Shown: positions 1-11,127, counted from the first letter of the stretch. The stretch is DNA of 56,565 nucleotides from an uncultured Pseudomonadota bacterium (GCA_964429275.1 CAYSBJ010000001.1:513776-570340); one strand, 5' to 3'. Numbers and translations are program-made. The notes: generated from the letters alone by a model not told the origin.

Positions 1-918
1 ATGTTGACTGGTGCTGCTCAAATGGACGGCGCTATCTTGGTAGTATCTGCTGCTGACGGACCAATGCCTCAAACTCGTGAACACATCTTGCTTGCTCGTC
101 AAGTGGGTGTACCAACAATGGTTGTGTTCTTGAACAAAGTTGACATGGTTGATGATGCAGATTTGATCGACTTGGTTGAGGAAGAAATTCGCGATCTTCT
201 GGATCAATATGGTTTTGATGGTAAAGCTATCCAATTCGTTCGTGGTTCAGCATTGGCTGCACTTAAGGGCGAAAACGAAGAAATTGGTAAGAAAGCAATT
301 TTGGAATTGATGGATAAAGTTGATAACTACATCCCAACACCAGAACGCGACACTGAAAAACCATTCTTGATGCCAATTGAAGACGTATTCTCGATCTCTG
401 GTCGTGGTACTGTAGTAACTGGCCGTGTTGAGTGTGGTATTTTGAAGGTTGGCTCAGAAGTTGAAATCGTTGGTTTCAGAGATACAACAAAAACTACCGT
501 TACCGGTATCGAAATGTTTAACAAAGAAATGACTGAATCGTTGCCTGGTGACAACGTAGGTGTTCTTCTTCGTGGCACTAAAAAAGACGACGTTGAGCGT
601 GGTCAAGTGCTTGCAAAACCAGGTACCGTTAAACCATACAAGAAATTTAAAGGCCAATTGATGGTATTGACTGAAAAAGAAGGTGGCCGTCACAGCCCAT
701 TCTTTAACGGATACCGCCCTCAATTTTATTTCCGAACAACAGACGTAACTGGTTCTATTACATTGCCAGCAGGTCGTGAAATGGTTATGCCAGGTGACAA
801 CGTTGAAGTTACCGTTGAATTGATTACGCCAGTTGCTATGTATAAGCAACTTCGCTTTGCAATTCGTGAAGGTGGCCGTACTGTTGGTGCTGGTGTAGTA
901 AGCGAAATTATTGAGTAA
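1..918 (+). CDS. tuf: Elongation factor Tu, 5'-truncated by the window edge
   Basis: [33 protein letters not shown] and [13 protein letters not shown] motifs; the P-loop N-terminus lies outside the window. Confidence 0.99.
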   Translation: MLTGAAQMDGAILVVSAADGPMPQTREHILLARQVGVPTMVVFLNKVDMVDDADLIDLVEEEIRDLLDQYGFDGKAIQFVRGSALAALKGENEEIGKKAILELMDKVDNYIPTPERDTEKPFLMPIEDVFSISGRGTVVTGRVECGILKVGSEVEIVGFRDTTKTTVTGIEMFNKEMTESLPGDNVGVLLRGTKKDDVERGQVLAKPGTVKPYKKFKGQLMVLTEKEGGRHSPFFNGYRPQFYFRTTDVTGSITLPAGREMVMPGDNVEVTVELITPVAMYKQLRFAIREGGRTVGAGVVSEIIE

Positions 919-947
919 TTTAATCAATCGAGGCCGAAAGAATACTG

Positions 948-1253
948 ATGAAAAAACAAAAAATTCGTTTGACTCTTAAGTCATACGATCATCAATTACT
1001 TGATTCTGCGGTTCGGCAAATTGTGCTTACGGTAAAGAGAACAGGATCTACAGTTGTAGGTCCTGTTCCTCTCCCAACACATATGCGATACTTCACAGTA
1101 TTGCGCTCGCCGCACGTAGATAAAAAGTCACGAGAACAGTTTCAGCTTGCGACTCATAAGCGTATTTTAGATATCGTTTCTCCTGCGGAGCAAACTATGG
1201 ATGCGCTTATGAAGTTGAACATATCGGCTGGCGTTGATGTTGAAATTAGATAG
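948..1253 (+). CDS. rpsJ: 30S ribosomal protein S10
   Basis: [31 protein letters not shown]; first gene of the S10 cluster. Confidence 0.99.
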   Translation: MKKQKIRLTLKSYDHQLLDSAVRQIVLTVKRTGSTVVGPVPLPTHMRYFTVLRSPHVDKKSREQFQLATHKRILDIVSPAEQTMDALMKLNISAGVDVEIR

Positions 1254-1271
1254 AGAAGTTAGGTACGTGAT

Positions 1272-1901
1272 ATGAAAACGTTGAGCCATGTTCCTGGAAT
1301 TAAGGTTGGTATGACGCAGGTGTTTGACGACGCCCGCAACGTGATACCAGTTACCGTTATTGAGTGCGGACAGTGGATTATTACTCAAATTAAAACAGTC
1401 GCAAACGACGGTTATGATGCATTGCAGATTGGTAAATTGCGTAAGCGTTACCAAAAAGACGCATTTAACACTGAAATGTTGCAAAAAAAGTCGGATTACT
1501 TTCTTCACATTCGTGAAGTGCGTTGTGAATCGACCCAAGGATATGAACTTGGCGCAATGATATCGCTTGATAATGTTGTGTTTGAAGAAAAAACAATGGT
1601 GAGTGTTACTGGTGTAAGTACTGGTCGTGGCTATCAAGGGGTGGTAAAACGCCTTGGCTATACTGGTGGTCCAGCAACTCACGGTTCTATGTTTGGCCGT
1701 CGTCCTGGTGCGATTGGTAGCATGAGAACGCAAGGTGAAGTTATTAAGGGTAAGGGATTGCCTGGTCACCATGGCGACAATACAGTTACTGTGAGCGGTT
1801 TGCGCGTAGTAAAGATTGATCGTGAAAATGGCGTGATCTTGGTAAAAGGCGCAGTTCCTGGTCGTAAAAACTCGTTGTTGTATTTAAGCAAGCAAGGATA
1901 A
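1272..1901 (+). CDS. rplC: 50S ribosomal protein L3
   Basis: KVGMTQVF, GRGYQGVVKR, GPATHGS, VKGAVPG; synteny. Confidence 0.98.
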   Translation: MKTLSHVPGIKVGMTQVFDDARNVIPVTVIECGQWIITQIKTVANDGYDALQIGKLRKRYQKDAFNTEMLQKKSDYFLHIREVRCESTQGYELGAMISLDNVVFEEKTMVSVTGVSTGRGYQGVVKRLGYTGGPATHGSMFGRRPGAIGSMRTQGEVIKGKGLPGHHGDNTVTVSGLRVVKIDRENGVILVKGAVPGRKNSLLYLSKQG

Positions 1902-1906
1902 ATTAG

Positions 1907-2539
1907 ATGAAAAATATTGCTGTATACAAGAGCACCGGAGAAAAGACAGGGACTGTAGAAATTTCCTGCTCTGAGCCAATTCAGTATGCAACAGGTGCGT
2001 ATGCGGTAAGCATTCGCCGTTTGTTGCAGCAGTGGCGTCAGGGGACCGTTGGTTTCAAGTCTCGTGGTGAAGTAGCATTCAGTAACCGTAAGCCTTGGAA
2101 GCAGAAAGGTACAGGCCGCGCACGTGCCGGCTCGCCTCGTTCTCCGCTCTGGAGAAAAGGTGGTGTGCTTTTTGGTCCATGCCCACGGGTACGTAAAATT
2201 GGATTGAGTCGTAAACAACGACAATTGGCGATGGGTCATGTTATGATCAGCGCTTTGTCGACAGGTCGTTTCTTTTGCTTGGACGCTGCGTTTGAGCAAA
2301 AGCCGAGCGTAAAGAATGCGAGCGCTATGTTGCACGCGTTGAACATCGGTGAGCGTAAAGTAGTTCTTTTCCTTGCTATGCATGATGTGAAGACCTACCT
2401 TTCGTTCAGAAATCTCCCGAACGTACATACTGTTTTTTATGACCAGCCAAATGCATTCGATCTTTCAAATGCCCATTCATGGGTCTTTTTGAAGAAAGAT
2501 CTTAACCTCTTTACTGATATGGTTGCACGATGGAACTAA
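1907..2539 (+). CDS. rplD: 50S ribosomal protein L4
   Basis: [26 protein letters not shown]; synteny. Confidence 0.98.
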   Translation: MKNIAVYKSTGEKTGTVEISCSEPIQYATGAYAVSIRRLLQQWRQGTVGFKSRGEVAFSNRKPWKQKGTGRARAGSPRSPLWRKGGVLFGPCPRVRKIGLSRKQRQLAMGHVMISALSTGRFFCLDAAFEQKPSVKNASAMLHALNIGERKVVLFLAMHDVKTYLSFRNLPNVHTVFYDQPNAFDLSNAHSWVFLKKDLNLFTDMVARWN

Positions 2540-2853
2540 CGGCATACGAAATTGTAAAAAAGATTATCACAACTAATAAAAGCGTTGAACTTTACCAAAC
2601 ACAAGGTAAAGTCACTTTGGAAGTAGCAAAGACAGCGAATAAAGTGGTTGTTCGTAAAGCAGTTGAACAAATTTGGGATGTTAAAGTTGAAGCAGTTCGC
2701 ATCATCAATACGCCTGAAAAAACAAAAACATTTGGTCGTCGTTCCTATGTTTCTTTAGGAAAGAAAAAGGCGATTGTTTCGCTCAAACCTGGTTACAGCA
2801 TTACGCTGCCAGGACATGAGTCGATCGGTGCCGCGACCGGAGAAGGGATCTAA
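2530..2853 (+). CDS. rplW: 50S ribosomal protein L23
   Basis: [25 protein letters not shown]; synteny. Confidence 0.96.
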   Translation: MELTAYEIVKKIITTNKSVELYQTQGKVTLEVAKTANKVVVRKAVEQIWDVKVEAVRIINTPEKTKTFGRRSYVSLGKKKAIVSLKPGYSITLPGHESIGAATGEGI

Positions 2854-2856
2854 CAT

Positions 2857-3681
2857 ATGGCAATTGTAACTCGTAAACCACGAAATGCGTCGTTACGTAC
2901 GCAATCATTTATCGTTACTCCTGATTTAGCTAAAAAACGTCCTGAAAAATCGTTGGTTGTCCCTATTAAAAAAAGTGGCGGCCGTAACGCGTATGGTCGT
3001 ATTACCGTTCGTCATCGCGGGGGAGGTGCAAAACAAATGTACCGTCTTGTTGATTTCAAGCGTGTACACCGTGATGTACCAGGAACTATTAAGGCTTTTG
3101 AGTACGATCCAAATCGTAGCTGCGATATCGCGTTAATTCACTATGTAAATGGTGCTAAAGCGTATATCTTGCGACCAGAAGGATTGGAACTAGGAGCTTC
3201 AGTCATGGCGTCAGCTGAAGCTGAAGTTGCGGTAGGGAATGCGTTACCTTTACGGAACATTCCGGTTGGTTTTGTGGTGCACAACGTAGAGTTGGCGCCA
3301 GGCCAAGGTGGAGTATTAGCGCGTAGCGCTGGTGCCTCGGTCCAGTTGAGCTCAAAAGAAGGCGAGAGAGCAATCTTGCGTTTGCCGTCAGGCGAAATGC
3401 GTTTTGTACATCTTGATTGCTGGGCGACGGTGGGAATACTTGGTAAGGCAGAGTGGCGTAATCAGAGCTTGGGTAAGGCGGGTCGATCCCGACACCTGGG
3501 TATTCGCCCATCGGTCCGTGGTATGGCAATGAACCCTGTCGATCACCCACATGGTGGTGGTGAAGGGCGTTCCAAATCAGGGAAGCATCCAGTTTCTCCA
3601 ACAGGTAAGTGTTCGAAAGGTACACGTACTCGTAAGAAACGCAAAAATAGTACTGCGGTTATTATTAAGCGCCGTAAGTAA
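2857..3681 (+). CDS. rplB: 50S ribosomal protein L2
   Basis: GRITVRHRGGG, EYDPNRS, RGMAMNPVDHPHGGGEG. Confidence 0.99.
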   Translation: MAIVTRKPRNASLRTQSFIVTPDLAKKRPEKSLVVPIKKSGGRNAYGRITVRHRGGGAKQMYRLVDFKRVHRDVPGTIKAFEYDPNRSCDIALIHYVNGAKAYILRPEGLELGASVMASAEAEVAVGNALPLRNIPVGFVVHNVELAPGQGGVLARSAGASVQLSSKEGERAILRLPSGEMRFVHLDCWATVGILGKAEWRNQSLGKAGRSRHLGIRPSVRGMAMNPVDHPHGGGEGRSKSGKHPVSPTGKCSKGTRTRKKRKNSTAVIIKRRK

Positions 3682-3711
3682 GCAATTATTGGTGATACAG
3701 AGGGAACGTCC

Positions 3712-3993
3712 ATGACGCGATCTATTAAAAAAGGGCCATACGTTGCACCTGACCTGACAAAGAAGCTTGAACAGCAGAAGTCAACAGGTAAGCGTGGCGT
3801 AATTAAGACATGGCATCGTAATAGCCTTATTACTCCGGACTTTGTTGGAGCAACATTGGCTGTCCACGATGGCAGAAAATTTATTGAAGTTTTTGTGACG
3901 GAAAACATGGTAGGCCATGCGCTTGGTGAATTTGCGCCAACGCGAACTTTCCGTCAACATAGTGGTCAGCGACAACAAGGCGCTGCGAAATAG
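3712..3993 (+). CDS. rpsS: 30S ribosomal protein S19
   Basis: [21 protein letters not shown]. Confidence 0.99.
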   Translation: MTRSIKKGPYVAPDLTKKLEQQKSTGKRGVIKTWHRNSLITPDFVGATLAVHDGRKFIEVFVTENMVGHALGEFAPTRTFRQHSGQRQQGAAK

Positions 3994-4004
3994 AGGGTAC
4001 TAGT

Positions 4005-4337
4005 ATGAAAGCATTAAGTCGAAATATTCGTATTTCTCCGTTCAAGCTTCGGGTATACGCTGATAGCGTCCGTGGTAAAAGTGTAAGTACGGCGGTACAC
4101 TGGTTGCAAGCACAATCGTTAAATAGGGTTGTTCCTATTGCCAAAACGATTGTATCTGCGTATCATAATGCCCGTCAGGCCGATACGTCGATCGTTGATA
4201 TGTCTCAGATGCGTATCAAAGAGATCCGTGTCGATCAAGGGCCGGTTATGCGTTACTTTAGGCCAGGTGCCCAAGGTAGAGCATGCCCACAACGTACGCG
4301 GCTTAGTCATATATCGGTTATCGTTGAAAAGTACTAA
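4005..4337 (+). CDS. rplV: 50S ribosomal protein L22
   Basis: RISPFKLR, VDQGP, AQGRA, SHISVIV; synteny. Confidence 0.97.
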   Translation: MKALSRNIRISPFKLRVYADSVRGKSVSTAVHWLQAQSLNRVVPIAKTIVSAYHNARQADTSIVDMSQMRIKEIRVDQGPVMRYFRPGAQGRACPQRTRLSHISVIVEKY

Positions 4338-4351
4338 TTAAGAGGTGACGT

Positions 4352-4972
4352 GTGGGACAGAAGGTTCATCCACTAGGTTTTCGTTTAGGTGTTTTTCGTA
4401 CATGGAATGCACGCTGGTTTGCAAAAAAGGACTATAAAACCTATTTGCAAGAAGATTTTCGCATTCGTGAATATTTGGGAAAACGCCTTGACAAGGCAGA
4501 AATAGCAAGCATGAATATTGAACGTGCTGGCGATAGTATTCGTGTAGAAGTACACTCTGCGCGCCCTGGTTTAATTATCGGTAAGCGTGGACAAGAGATT
4601 GAGTCGATTCGTTCTGGCTTACAGAAAGAATTTGGCAAATCAATTGATATTTCTATCCAAGAAGTAAAAGTAGTTGAGCATTGCGCACAATTGGTTGCAA
4701 AAAGTATTGCCGAGCAAATTGAGCGTCGTGTTGGCTACAAGCGATTGATGAAGAAAGCAGGTCATTCAGTAATGAAAAGCGGTGCTCTTGGTATCAAGAT
4801 TCGTTGCTCAGGTCGTTTGGCTGGTAGCGAAATTGCACGCGCTGAATGGCTGCGCCTGGGATGTGTGCCATTGCATACATTGCGCGCTGATATTGATCAT
4901 GCATTGGTTGAAGCAAAAACAACTTATGGTATGATCGGTGTTCAGGTGTGGATCTGTCGTGGTGAGTTTTAG
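4352..4972 (+). CDS. rpsC: 30S ribosomal protein S3
   Basis: GQKVHPLGFRLG, RPGLIIG, SGRLAGSEIAR, PLHTLRADID. Confidence 0.99.
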   Translation: MGQKVHPLGFRLGVFRTWNARWFAKKDYKTYLQEDFRIREYLGKRLDKAEIASMNIERAGDSIRVEVHSARPGLIIGKRGQEIESIRSGLQKEFGKSIDISIQEVKVVEHCAQLVAKSIAEQIERRVGYKRLMKKAGHSVMKSGALGIKIRCSGRLAGSEIARAEWLRLGCVPLHTLRADIDHALVEAKTTYGMIGVQVWICRGEF

Positions 4973-4991
4973 GCGAGAAAGGTAGATTATC

Positions 4992-5429
4992 ATGTTGATG
5001 CCAAAAAAAACTAAGTTCCGTAAACAACAACGTGGACGGATGAAGGGCCTTTCTAAAGGCGCTCGTACGGTACACTTTGGTGAATACGGGTTGATGGCAC
5101 TTGAGCCGGTGTGGTTGACAGCCCGCCAGATCGAAGCTACTCGTACTGTTATTAGCCGCGGTGTTAAAAAGGTTGGTGAATGGTTTATGCGGGTATTTCC
5201 CGACAAACCAGTTTCTCAAAAACCAATTGAAACTCGTATGGGTAAGGGTAAGGGAAGTCCAGAATTTTGGGTAAGTGTGGTTAAGCGTGGGCGTATAATT
5301 TTTGAAATTAAAGGCCTGCCGGAAAATGAAGCAAAGGCTTTGTTGAAGTCTGCTGCGTATAAGTTGCCAATGCGTACCAAAATTGTTTCATCCCATGAAA
5401 TGTCGGCGATCGAAGAAGGAAACGAATAA
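4992..5429 (+). CDS. rplP: 50S ribosomal protein L16
   Basis: MLMPKKTKFRKQQRG, RMGKGKGSPE. Confidence 0.99.
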   Translation: MLMPKKTKFRKQQRGRMKGLSKGARTVHFGEYGLMALEPVWLTARQIEATRTVISRGVKKVGEWFMRVFPDKPVSQKPIETRMGKGKGSPEFWVSVVKRGRIIFEIKGLPENEAKALLKSAAYKLPMRTKIVSSHEMSAIEEGNE

Positions 5430-5614
5430 TGAAAAAAACAGTAGAAGTAGATATTCGATCCTTGCATGATGAAATCAATGCGTGTCGTAAAGAACTTTTT
5501 AATTTACGGTTAAATGCGTTGGTTGGCCAAGTAAAGGATACATCGCAGTTTAAAAAGCTCCGCAAGAAAATTGCGCAAGCAAAGACTGCTATTACAGTGA
5601 AACAAAGCGCATAA
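5429..5614 (+). CDS. rpmC: 50S ribosomal protein L29
   Basis: KELFNLR, LRKKIAQAKT; between rplP and rpsQ. Confidence 0.96.
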   Translation: MKKTVEVDIRSLHDEINACRKELFNLRLNALVGQVKDTSQFKKLRKKIAQAKTAITVKQSA

Positions 5615-5626
5615 ATAGGTAGCAAA

Positions 5627-5923
5627 ATGGTTGACAAGCAAAAGCAAACAGCGAAAGAACAAGTGGCGACAAAACGCCCACTTACGCTGAGCGGCACGGT
5701 TGTATCAGATTTGATGGATAAAACCATTGTGGTACGTGTCGAAAATAAATTTAAGCATCCGGTAGTGGGTAAAATTGTGAGTACTTTCAAAAAGTACAAG
5801 GCACACGATGAGAATGAGCAAGCAGCAAAGGGAGACCTCGTTGAGATCTCTGAATGTCGACCATTGTCAGCTACCAAGTACATGGTGCTCAAGCAAATCA
5901 TTAAGCATCATCAAAACAAATAG
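5627..5923 (+). CDS. rpsQ: 30S ribosomal protein S17
   Basis: [27 protein letters not shown]. Confidence 0.98.
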   Translation: MVDKQKQTAKEQVATKRPLTLSGTVVSDLMDKTIVVRVENKFKHPVVGKIVSTFKKYKAHDENEQAAKGDLVEISECRPLSATKYMVLKQIIKHHQNK

Positions 5924-5935
5924 TAAGGGTGCGAT

Positions 5936-6304
5936 ATGATACAAAAATTCAGTATGCTCGACATCGCCGATAATTCTGGCGCCAAGAGAGTAATGGTTAT
6001 TAACGTTTCAGGAAGTACGCGCAAGCGTTTTGCATACATCGGTGATGTGGTAAAAGTTGCAGTTAAAAAGTCGGTTCCTGGTGCGACAGTTAAGAAGAGT
6101 GATGTGCTTGATGCGGTTATTGTGCGAACACGTAAAGAACTTCGTCGTGCTGACGGTACATACATTCGTTTTGGTGACAATGCGGCTGTTATCTTGAATA
6201 AAGATGGCGAGCCGGTCGGTACTCGTATATTTGGTCCAGTGGCCCGTGAGTTGCGTGCTCGTGGATACTTGCAAATTATTTCGCGTGCACCGGAAGTTTT
6301 GTAG
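5936..6304 (+). CDS. rplN: 50S ribosomal protein L14
   Basis: [24 protein letters not shown]. Confidence 0.99.
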   Translation: MIQKFSMLDIADNSGAKRVMVINVSGSTRKRFAYIGDVVKVAVKKSVPGATVKKSDVLDAVIVRTRKELRRADGTYIRFGDNAAVILNKDGEPVGTRIFGPVARELRARGYLQIISRAPEVL

Positions 6305-6316
6305 GAGATACTCGAT

Positions 6317-6631
6317 ATGTTACAAAGAATTAAGAAAAATGATTTGGTGTATGTACTTTCTGGTAAAGACAAGGGAATGACTGGTTCAGTTATTGCTCTT
6401 GATCTTGCGGCAAGCAAGGTGCTAGTTAAAGGCGTAAACATCGTCACAAAGCATATTAAGCCGCAACGTAAGGTCGAAAAAGGCTCTATCGTTAAGGAAG
6501 AAAAATTTATATCACTGAGCAATGTAATGCCAGTGTGCCCAGAAACGAATAAGCCATGTCGCGTGCGAACGCAGACAAGTGCTGATGGTAAGCGAGTACG
6601 TGTAAGCGTACGCTCTGGCCAATCATTTTAG
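6317..6631 (+). CDS. rplX: 50S ribosomal protein L24
   Basis: KOW motif VLSGKDKG, VKGVN, SNVM. Confidence 0.98.
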   Translation: MLQRIKKNDLVYVLSGKDKGMTGSVIALDLAASKVLVKGVNIVTKHIKPQRKVEKGSIVKEEKFISLSNVMPVCPETNKPCRVRTQTSADGKRVRVSVRSGQSF

Positions 6632-6660
6632 GGCGCTGAAAAGGTAAAAAAGGATAAGAA

Positions 6661-7212
6661 ATGAATGCACGGTTAGAAGCGCTCTACAAAGAGAAGATTC
6701 GTACAGCGCTCCAAAAAGAGTTGGGACTGAAAAATGTTATGGAAGTTCCACGTATTACCAAAATAGTATTGAATACCGGTTGCAAAGAATCGGTAAACGA
6801 CTCTAAGGTGTTAAACGTGGTCAAAGAGATCATGGATCGTATTGCCGGCCAAGCTTCGGTGAAAACCAAAGCACGCAAATCTATCGCGGGCTTTAAGTTG
6901 CGTGAAGGTGCGTTGATTGGTGTGATGGTGACATTACGTGGCAAGAGCATGTATGCATTCCTCGACAAACTCATTAATTTGGCGTTGCCGTGTGTTCGTG
7001 ACTTCCAAGGTGTTACTTTGAACTTTGATGGTCGTGGTAACTATAACCTTGGAATTAAGGACTGGATGATTTTTCCTGAAGTTGACTACAACATCAGTGA
7101 TCAGTCACGAGGTTTGAATATTTCGATTGAAACGAGCGCGAAGAGCGATGATCATGCGCGTGCGTTGTTAAGACAGTTTAGTATGCCGTTTAAGGCAGCA
7201 AAATCTTCGTAA
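6661..7212 (+). CDS. rplE: 50S ribosomal protein L5
   Basis: [34 protein letters not shown]. Confidence 0.99.
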   Translation: MNARLEALYKEKIRTALQKELGLKNVMEVPRITKIVLNTGCKESVNDSKVLNVVKEIMDRIAGQASVKTKARKSIAGFKLREGALIGVMVTLRGKSMYAFLDKLINLALPCVRDFQGVTLNFDGRGNYNLGIKDWMIFPEVDYNISDQSRGLNISIETSAKSDDHARALLRQFSMPFKAAKSS

Positions 7213-7227
7213 GGGGTGAGATAACGT

Positions 7228-7413
7228 ATGGCAAGAAAAGCGTTAATTGAAAAGGCGAAACAGACGCCAAAATTTTCTACTCGTGCATATAATCGTTGCG
7301 AGCTCTGTGGTCGACCACGTGCGTATATGCGCATATTTGGATTGTGCCGGTTGTGTTTCCGTAAGAATGCCCTTCTTGGAAATCTGCCAGGGGTAAAGAA
7401 AGCAAGTTGGTAA
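7228..7413 (+). CDS. rpsN: 30S ribosomal protein S14, short Zn-binding type
   Basis: 61 aa; [24 protein letters not shown]. Confidence 0.99.
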   Translation: MARKALIEKAKQTPKFSTRAYNRCELCGRPRAYMRIFGLCRLCFRKNALLGNLPGVKKASW

Positions 7414-7436
7414 TTTGAAAAAAATGGAGCAAAGCT

Positions 7437-7826
7437 GTGGATAGAATAGCAGACTTTTTAACGGTAATACGCAACGCGGTACGCGTTTCCAAGCGATCAG
7501 CCACATACCCACATTCGCGTATGTGCCTGGCAATTGCTAAAATTTTAAAAGAAGAAGGCTTTATTCGTGACTATGCAGTTGATGCAAGTGATGAAAAAAA
7601 ACCGGTTCTTAACCTTCAGTTGCGTTATCTGAATGGTGAATCAGCGATTCACGCGTTGGATCGCATTAGCACTTCTGGCTGCCGTCGCTACTCGAAACTG
7701 AAAAACTTGAAGCCACATATTGGTGGATTGGGTATTTCAATTTTGTCGACCAGTAAGGGTGTAATTACCGACAAGCAAGCTAAAGACCTTGCAGTGAGCG
7801 GTGAAGTTATTTGCCGTGTTTGGTAA
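7437..7826 (+). CDS. rpsH: 30S ribosomal protein S8
   Basis: IADFLTVIRNA, LKEEGFI, GLGISILSTSKG. Confidence 0.98.
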   Translation: MDRIADFLTVIRNAVRVSKRSATYPHSRMCLAIAKILKEEGFIRDYAVDASDEKKPVLNLQLRYLNGESAIHALDRISTSGCRRYSKLKNLKPHIGGLGISILSTSKGVITDKQAKDLAVSGEVICRVW

Positions 7827-7843
7827 GAGGGGAGAGACAAAGT

Positions 7844-8386
7844 ATGTCAAAAATAGGTAGAAAGCCGATTGATATTTCTAAGGTAACCGTAAACGTTTCT
7901 GGGAATGTTGTTGCAATTAAAGGTGCAAAGTCTGAATTTCAACATGAACTTCCAGCATGTTTGGTAGCAAATGTTGATACAGCAGCAAAAAAGATTACGC
8001 TTGGTGTCGTTGAAAATACACGTCAAAACCGAGCTCTCTGGGGCTTACACCGCGCAGTTATTGCGAGCAAAGTGATGGGTGCTGGCGTTGGTCTTGAGCA
8101 GAAGGTCAAGCTTGTTGGACTTGGTTTTAAAGGTCAAGCAGTAGGCTCTAAGGTTGTCTTTACCGTAGGTTTTAGTCACAAGGTTGAAGTCGAAATACCA
8201 AGTGGTATTACGGTTGAAATTGATAAAACAGGTCAATCAATTACGGTACGCGGCTCCGATCGCTTTGTGATTGGTAATGTGTGTGATGCAATGCGTTCAG
8301 TTCGTCCACCAGAGCCGTACAAAGGTACCGGTATCATGCTTGATGACGAAGTAATCGTGCGCAAAGCTGGTAAAACGAAATCGTAA
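7844..8386 (+). CDS. rplF: 50S ribosomal protein L6
   Basis: MSKIGRKPI start at ATG 7844 after a GAGGGG RBS; RPPEPYKGTGI, RKAGK. Confidence 0.98.
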   Translation: MSKIGRKPIDISKVTVNVSGNVVAIKGAKSEFQHELPACLVANVDTAAKKITLGVVENTRQNRALWGLHRAVIASKVMGAGVGLEQKVKLVGLGFKGQAVGSKVVFTVGFSHKVEVEIPSGITVEIDKTGQSITVRGSDRFVIGNVCDAMRSVRPPEPYKGTGIMLDDEVIVRKAGKTKS

Positions 8387-8415
8387 TTGAACGTAAGGTA
8401 AGGTGAATCGTGAGT

Positions 8416-8772
8416 ATGCAGAAAAAAATTACTAAACGCGCTGATCGTCGGGCATTTCGTGTCCGCAACAATTTGCGTCTTATTAATCGAGAAGGCCGGT
8501 TGCGCGTAACAGTGTTCCGTTCTAATCGTTATATTACAGCGCAAATTATTGATGACTCACAGCAAAAAACAGTGCTGAGCTTCTCATCTAAACAACTGAC
8601 TGGTGCTGAAGGCGATAAAAAAGCTTTGGCACAATTAGTTGGTGTGGAACTTGGCAAACAAGCAATCGCACAAAACATTACTGAAGTAGTGTTTGATCGT
8701 GGCAGTTATCTGTATCACGGACGAGTCGCGGCTTTGGCTCAAGGCTTGCGTGACAGCGGTGTACAGTTCTAA
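8416..8772 (+). CDS. rplR: 50S ribosomal protein L18
   Basis: FRSNRYITAQIIDD, VFDRGSYLYHGRV; alternative GTG start at 8410. Confidence 0.98.
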   Translation: MQKKITKRADRRAFRVRNNLRLINREGRLRVTVFRSNRYITAQIIDDSQQKTVLSFSSKQLTGAEGDKKALAQLVGVELGKQAIAQNITEVVFDRGSYLYHGRVAALAQGLRDSGVQF

Positions 8773-8788
8773 TAAAGGAAGCGCAGTA

Positions 8789-9376
8789 ATGGCGAAATAC
8801 GTAGAAGATATCCAAAAAAAAGTTAAAAAGAGCGACGACGTTGATGAAGTCGTTACCGTTGAATCTAGTACTGAGATCAGTGGTGAGTTTGCTGAAATTT
8901 TGCTGAACGTTCGTCGTGTAGCAAAAGTTATTAAAGGTGGTCGTCGCTTTGCATTCTCCGCACTTGTTGTGGTGGGTGATCGTAACGGCAGCGTGGGCAT
9001 TGCGCTTGGCAAGGGACGTGAAGTGTCTGTTGCTATTTCAAAAGCGTTTCGCAAGGCACGTAAAAATATGATTGTTATTCCTCGCAATGGTACAACTGTA
9101 CCGTTTACCGTTACCGCACGTTATGGCTCAAGCCAAGTAATGTTGCGCGCGGCATCTCAGGGTACTGGGGTGATTGCGGGTGGCGCAGTTCGTTCTATCA
9201 TGGAAGCTGCAGGCGTTAAGGATATATTAGCAAAAGCAATGGGCTCATCGAACGCACAAAACGTTGCGAAAGCAACAATGGCTGCATTCCGAAGCTTACG
9301 CACTGCGGTAGATCTTGCTCGTTTGCGCGGTAAATCTGTCACGCAAATTATAAAGGGAAGCCATGTTGCAGCTTAA
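8789..9376 (+). CDS. rpsE: 30S ribosomal protein S5
   Basis: RVAKVIKGGRRFAFSALVVVGD, GTGVIAGGAVR; ATG 8789 follows an AAGGA RBS. Confidence 0.98.
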   Translation: MAKYVEDIQKKVKKSDDVDEVVTVESSTEISGEFAEILLNVRRVAKVIKGGRRFAFSALVVVGDRNGSVGIALGKGREVSVAISKAFRKARKNMIVIPRNGTTVPFTVTARYGSSQVMLRAASQGTGVIAGGAVRSIMEAAGVKDILAKAMGSSNAQNVAKATMAAFRSLRTAVDLARLRGKSVTQIIKGSHVAA

Positions 9377-9827
9377 TACACTCGAATCACTATGCAAAGA
9401 TCGTAAGCGTCGCGGTCGTGGCGGAAGCCGCGGCGGCACATCTGGCCGGGGGCACAAGGGACAATTGGCTCGCAGCGGAGGTGGCGTATCAGCTGCTTTT
9501 GAAGGCGGTCAAATGTCGTTGTCACGTCGTTTGCCTCGTCGTGGTTTTACTAATCGATTCCGCACCGAATTTCATATTCTTTCTCTTTCAGATCTCAATC
9601 GTGCATTCAACGCTGGTGACGTTGTAAATGCGGTTTCACTTCGTGACAAAGGCCTACTTAAAGGTAAGGGCGACGTAGCGGTTAAGGTGCTTGCAAATGG
9701 CACTGTAAACAAAGCGTTGGTGGTCGAAGTACATGCATGTACCGGTTCAGCTCGGCAGTTGATTGAGCAAGCCGGAGGCAGCGTGAAGTTGCTGAAGGAG
9801 ATGAGTGGTGATAGTACTACTGCGTAA
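9363..9827 (+). CDS. rplO: 50S ribosomal protein L15
   Basis: GRGHKGQLARSG, FEGGQM, RRLPRRGF. Confidence 0.98.
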   Translation: MLQLNTLESLCKDRKRRGRGGSRGGTSGRGHKGQLARSGGGVSAAFEGGQMSLSRRLPRRGFTNRFRTEFHILSLSDLNRAFNAGDVVNAVSLRDKGLLKGKGDVAVKVLANGTVNKALVVEVHACTGSARQLIEQAGGSVKLLKEMSGDSTTA

Positions 9828-11127
9828 CTTTAAGAATATATTTGTAGTTCCTGACTTGCGCGCAAAGGTGTTATTCACCTTTGCCGTATTGGCAGTGTAT
9901 CGGTTTGGCGTACACATACCGATCCCTGGCGTTAACACCGTGGTCTTAAATGGTCTTAGTGGCGCTGGAGGAGCAGGTGGTCTGCTATCGTACTTAGATA
10001 TGTTTACCGGAGGGGCGCTGCGCCACTTTGCTGTATTCGCTCTTGGTATGGTTCCGTACATTAACGCGTCGATTATGATGCAGGTTTTGTCGGTAGCAGT
10101 GCCACAGCTTGAAGCGTTGAGTAAAGAGGGCAACTATGGTCGTTATTTGATCAATCAGTATACTCGCTACTTAGCCTTTGGGTTGAGCTTGGTACAAGGT
10201 TTTGGGTTGGCGATGTACATCGAAAACTTCCCAAATCTTGCATTGACTCCTGGCTGGGGATTTCGCTTAAGCACCATGTTTACACTGAGCGTTGGTTCAT
10301 TGTTTGTTATGTGGCTTGGTGAGCAAATCAATACGTACGGCATTGGAAATGGTAGTTCAATGATTATTTTTGCTGGTATCGTGGCAAGTTTGCCTGCGGC
10401 AGTGATTAAAATTGTGCACGATATCCAATTGGGTCAAAATGATCCGTTAGTCATTGTGGCTTTTGTCGCACTTATTGTTGCAACGGTTTCATGCGTTGTT
10501 TTCCTTGAAAAAGGAGAGCGTCGCGTGGCGGTGCACTACGCACGTAAAGTGGTTGGTAACCGCGCATATGGCGGCCAAACGTCATATATTCCGTTTAAAC
10601 TTAACTCGGCATCTGTTATTCCGGTTATTTTTGCTGGTTCTATTATGAGTATGCTCTTGTTCCTGGTGAACTGGGGAGCTATGCGCAAGTTTGCAGTATT
10701 TGAGTTTTTAGGTGATCTCCTTTCCTGGACGGCGCCGTTAAACTGGATGCTGACAGCCTTATTGATTGTATTCTTTGCGTACATGTACACAATGATTATT
10801 TTCAACCCGGTCGAACTTGCAGAAAATATTCGAAAACAAGGGGGTTTTATCCCTGGGTTACGTCCTGGCAAAAAGACGGCTGAATTTTTTGATTACATTA
10901 TTATGCGTATTTGCCTACCCGGTGCTGTCTACTTGGCGACACTTGCTATTCTGCCACGTATTATCGGATTGTCAGGGACATTTCCGGTTATGTTTGAAGG
11001 AACAAGCATGTTGATTGTTGTTGGTGTGGCTATGGATGCATCAGCGCAGATAGAGTCGTTCTTGATTGAGCGTCGCTATGAAGGATTCTTATCTACTGGT
11101 CGGTTGAGAAATCGATTGGGTCGATAA
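9805..11127 (+). CDS. secY: Preprotein translocase subunit SecY
   Basis: HIPIPG, FALGMVPYINASI, WLGEQI..GIGNG, IPVIFA, GGFIPGLRPG. Confidence 0.99.
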   Translation: MVIVLLRNFKNIFVVPDLRAKVLFTFAVLAVYRFGVHIPIPGVNTVVLNGLSGAGGAGGLLSYLDMFTGGALRHFAVFALGMVPYINASIMMQVLSVAVPQLEALSKEGNYGRYLINQYTRYLAFGLSLVQGFGLAMYIENFPNLALTPGWGFRLSTMFTLSVGSLFVMWLGEQINTYGIGNGSSMIIFAGIVASLPAAVIKIVHDIQLGQNDPLVIVAFVALIVATVSCVVFLEKGERRVAVHYARKVVGNRAYGGQTSYIPFKLNSASVIPVIFAGSIMSMLLFLVNWGAMRKFAVFEFLGDLLSWTAPLNWMLTALLIVFFAYMYTMIIFNPVELAENIRKQGGFIPGLRPGKKTAEFFDYIIMRICLPGAVYLATLAILPRIIGLSGTFPVMFEGTSMLIVVGVAMDASAQIESFLIERRYEGFLSTGRLRNRLGR

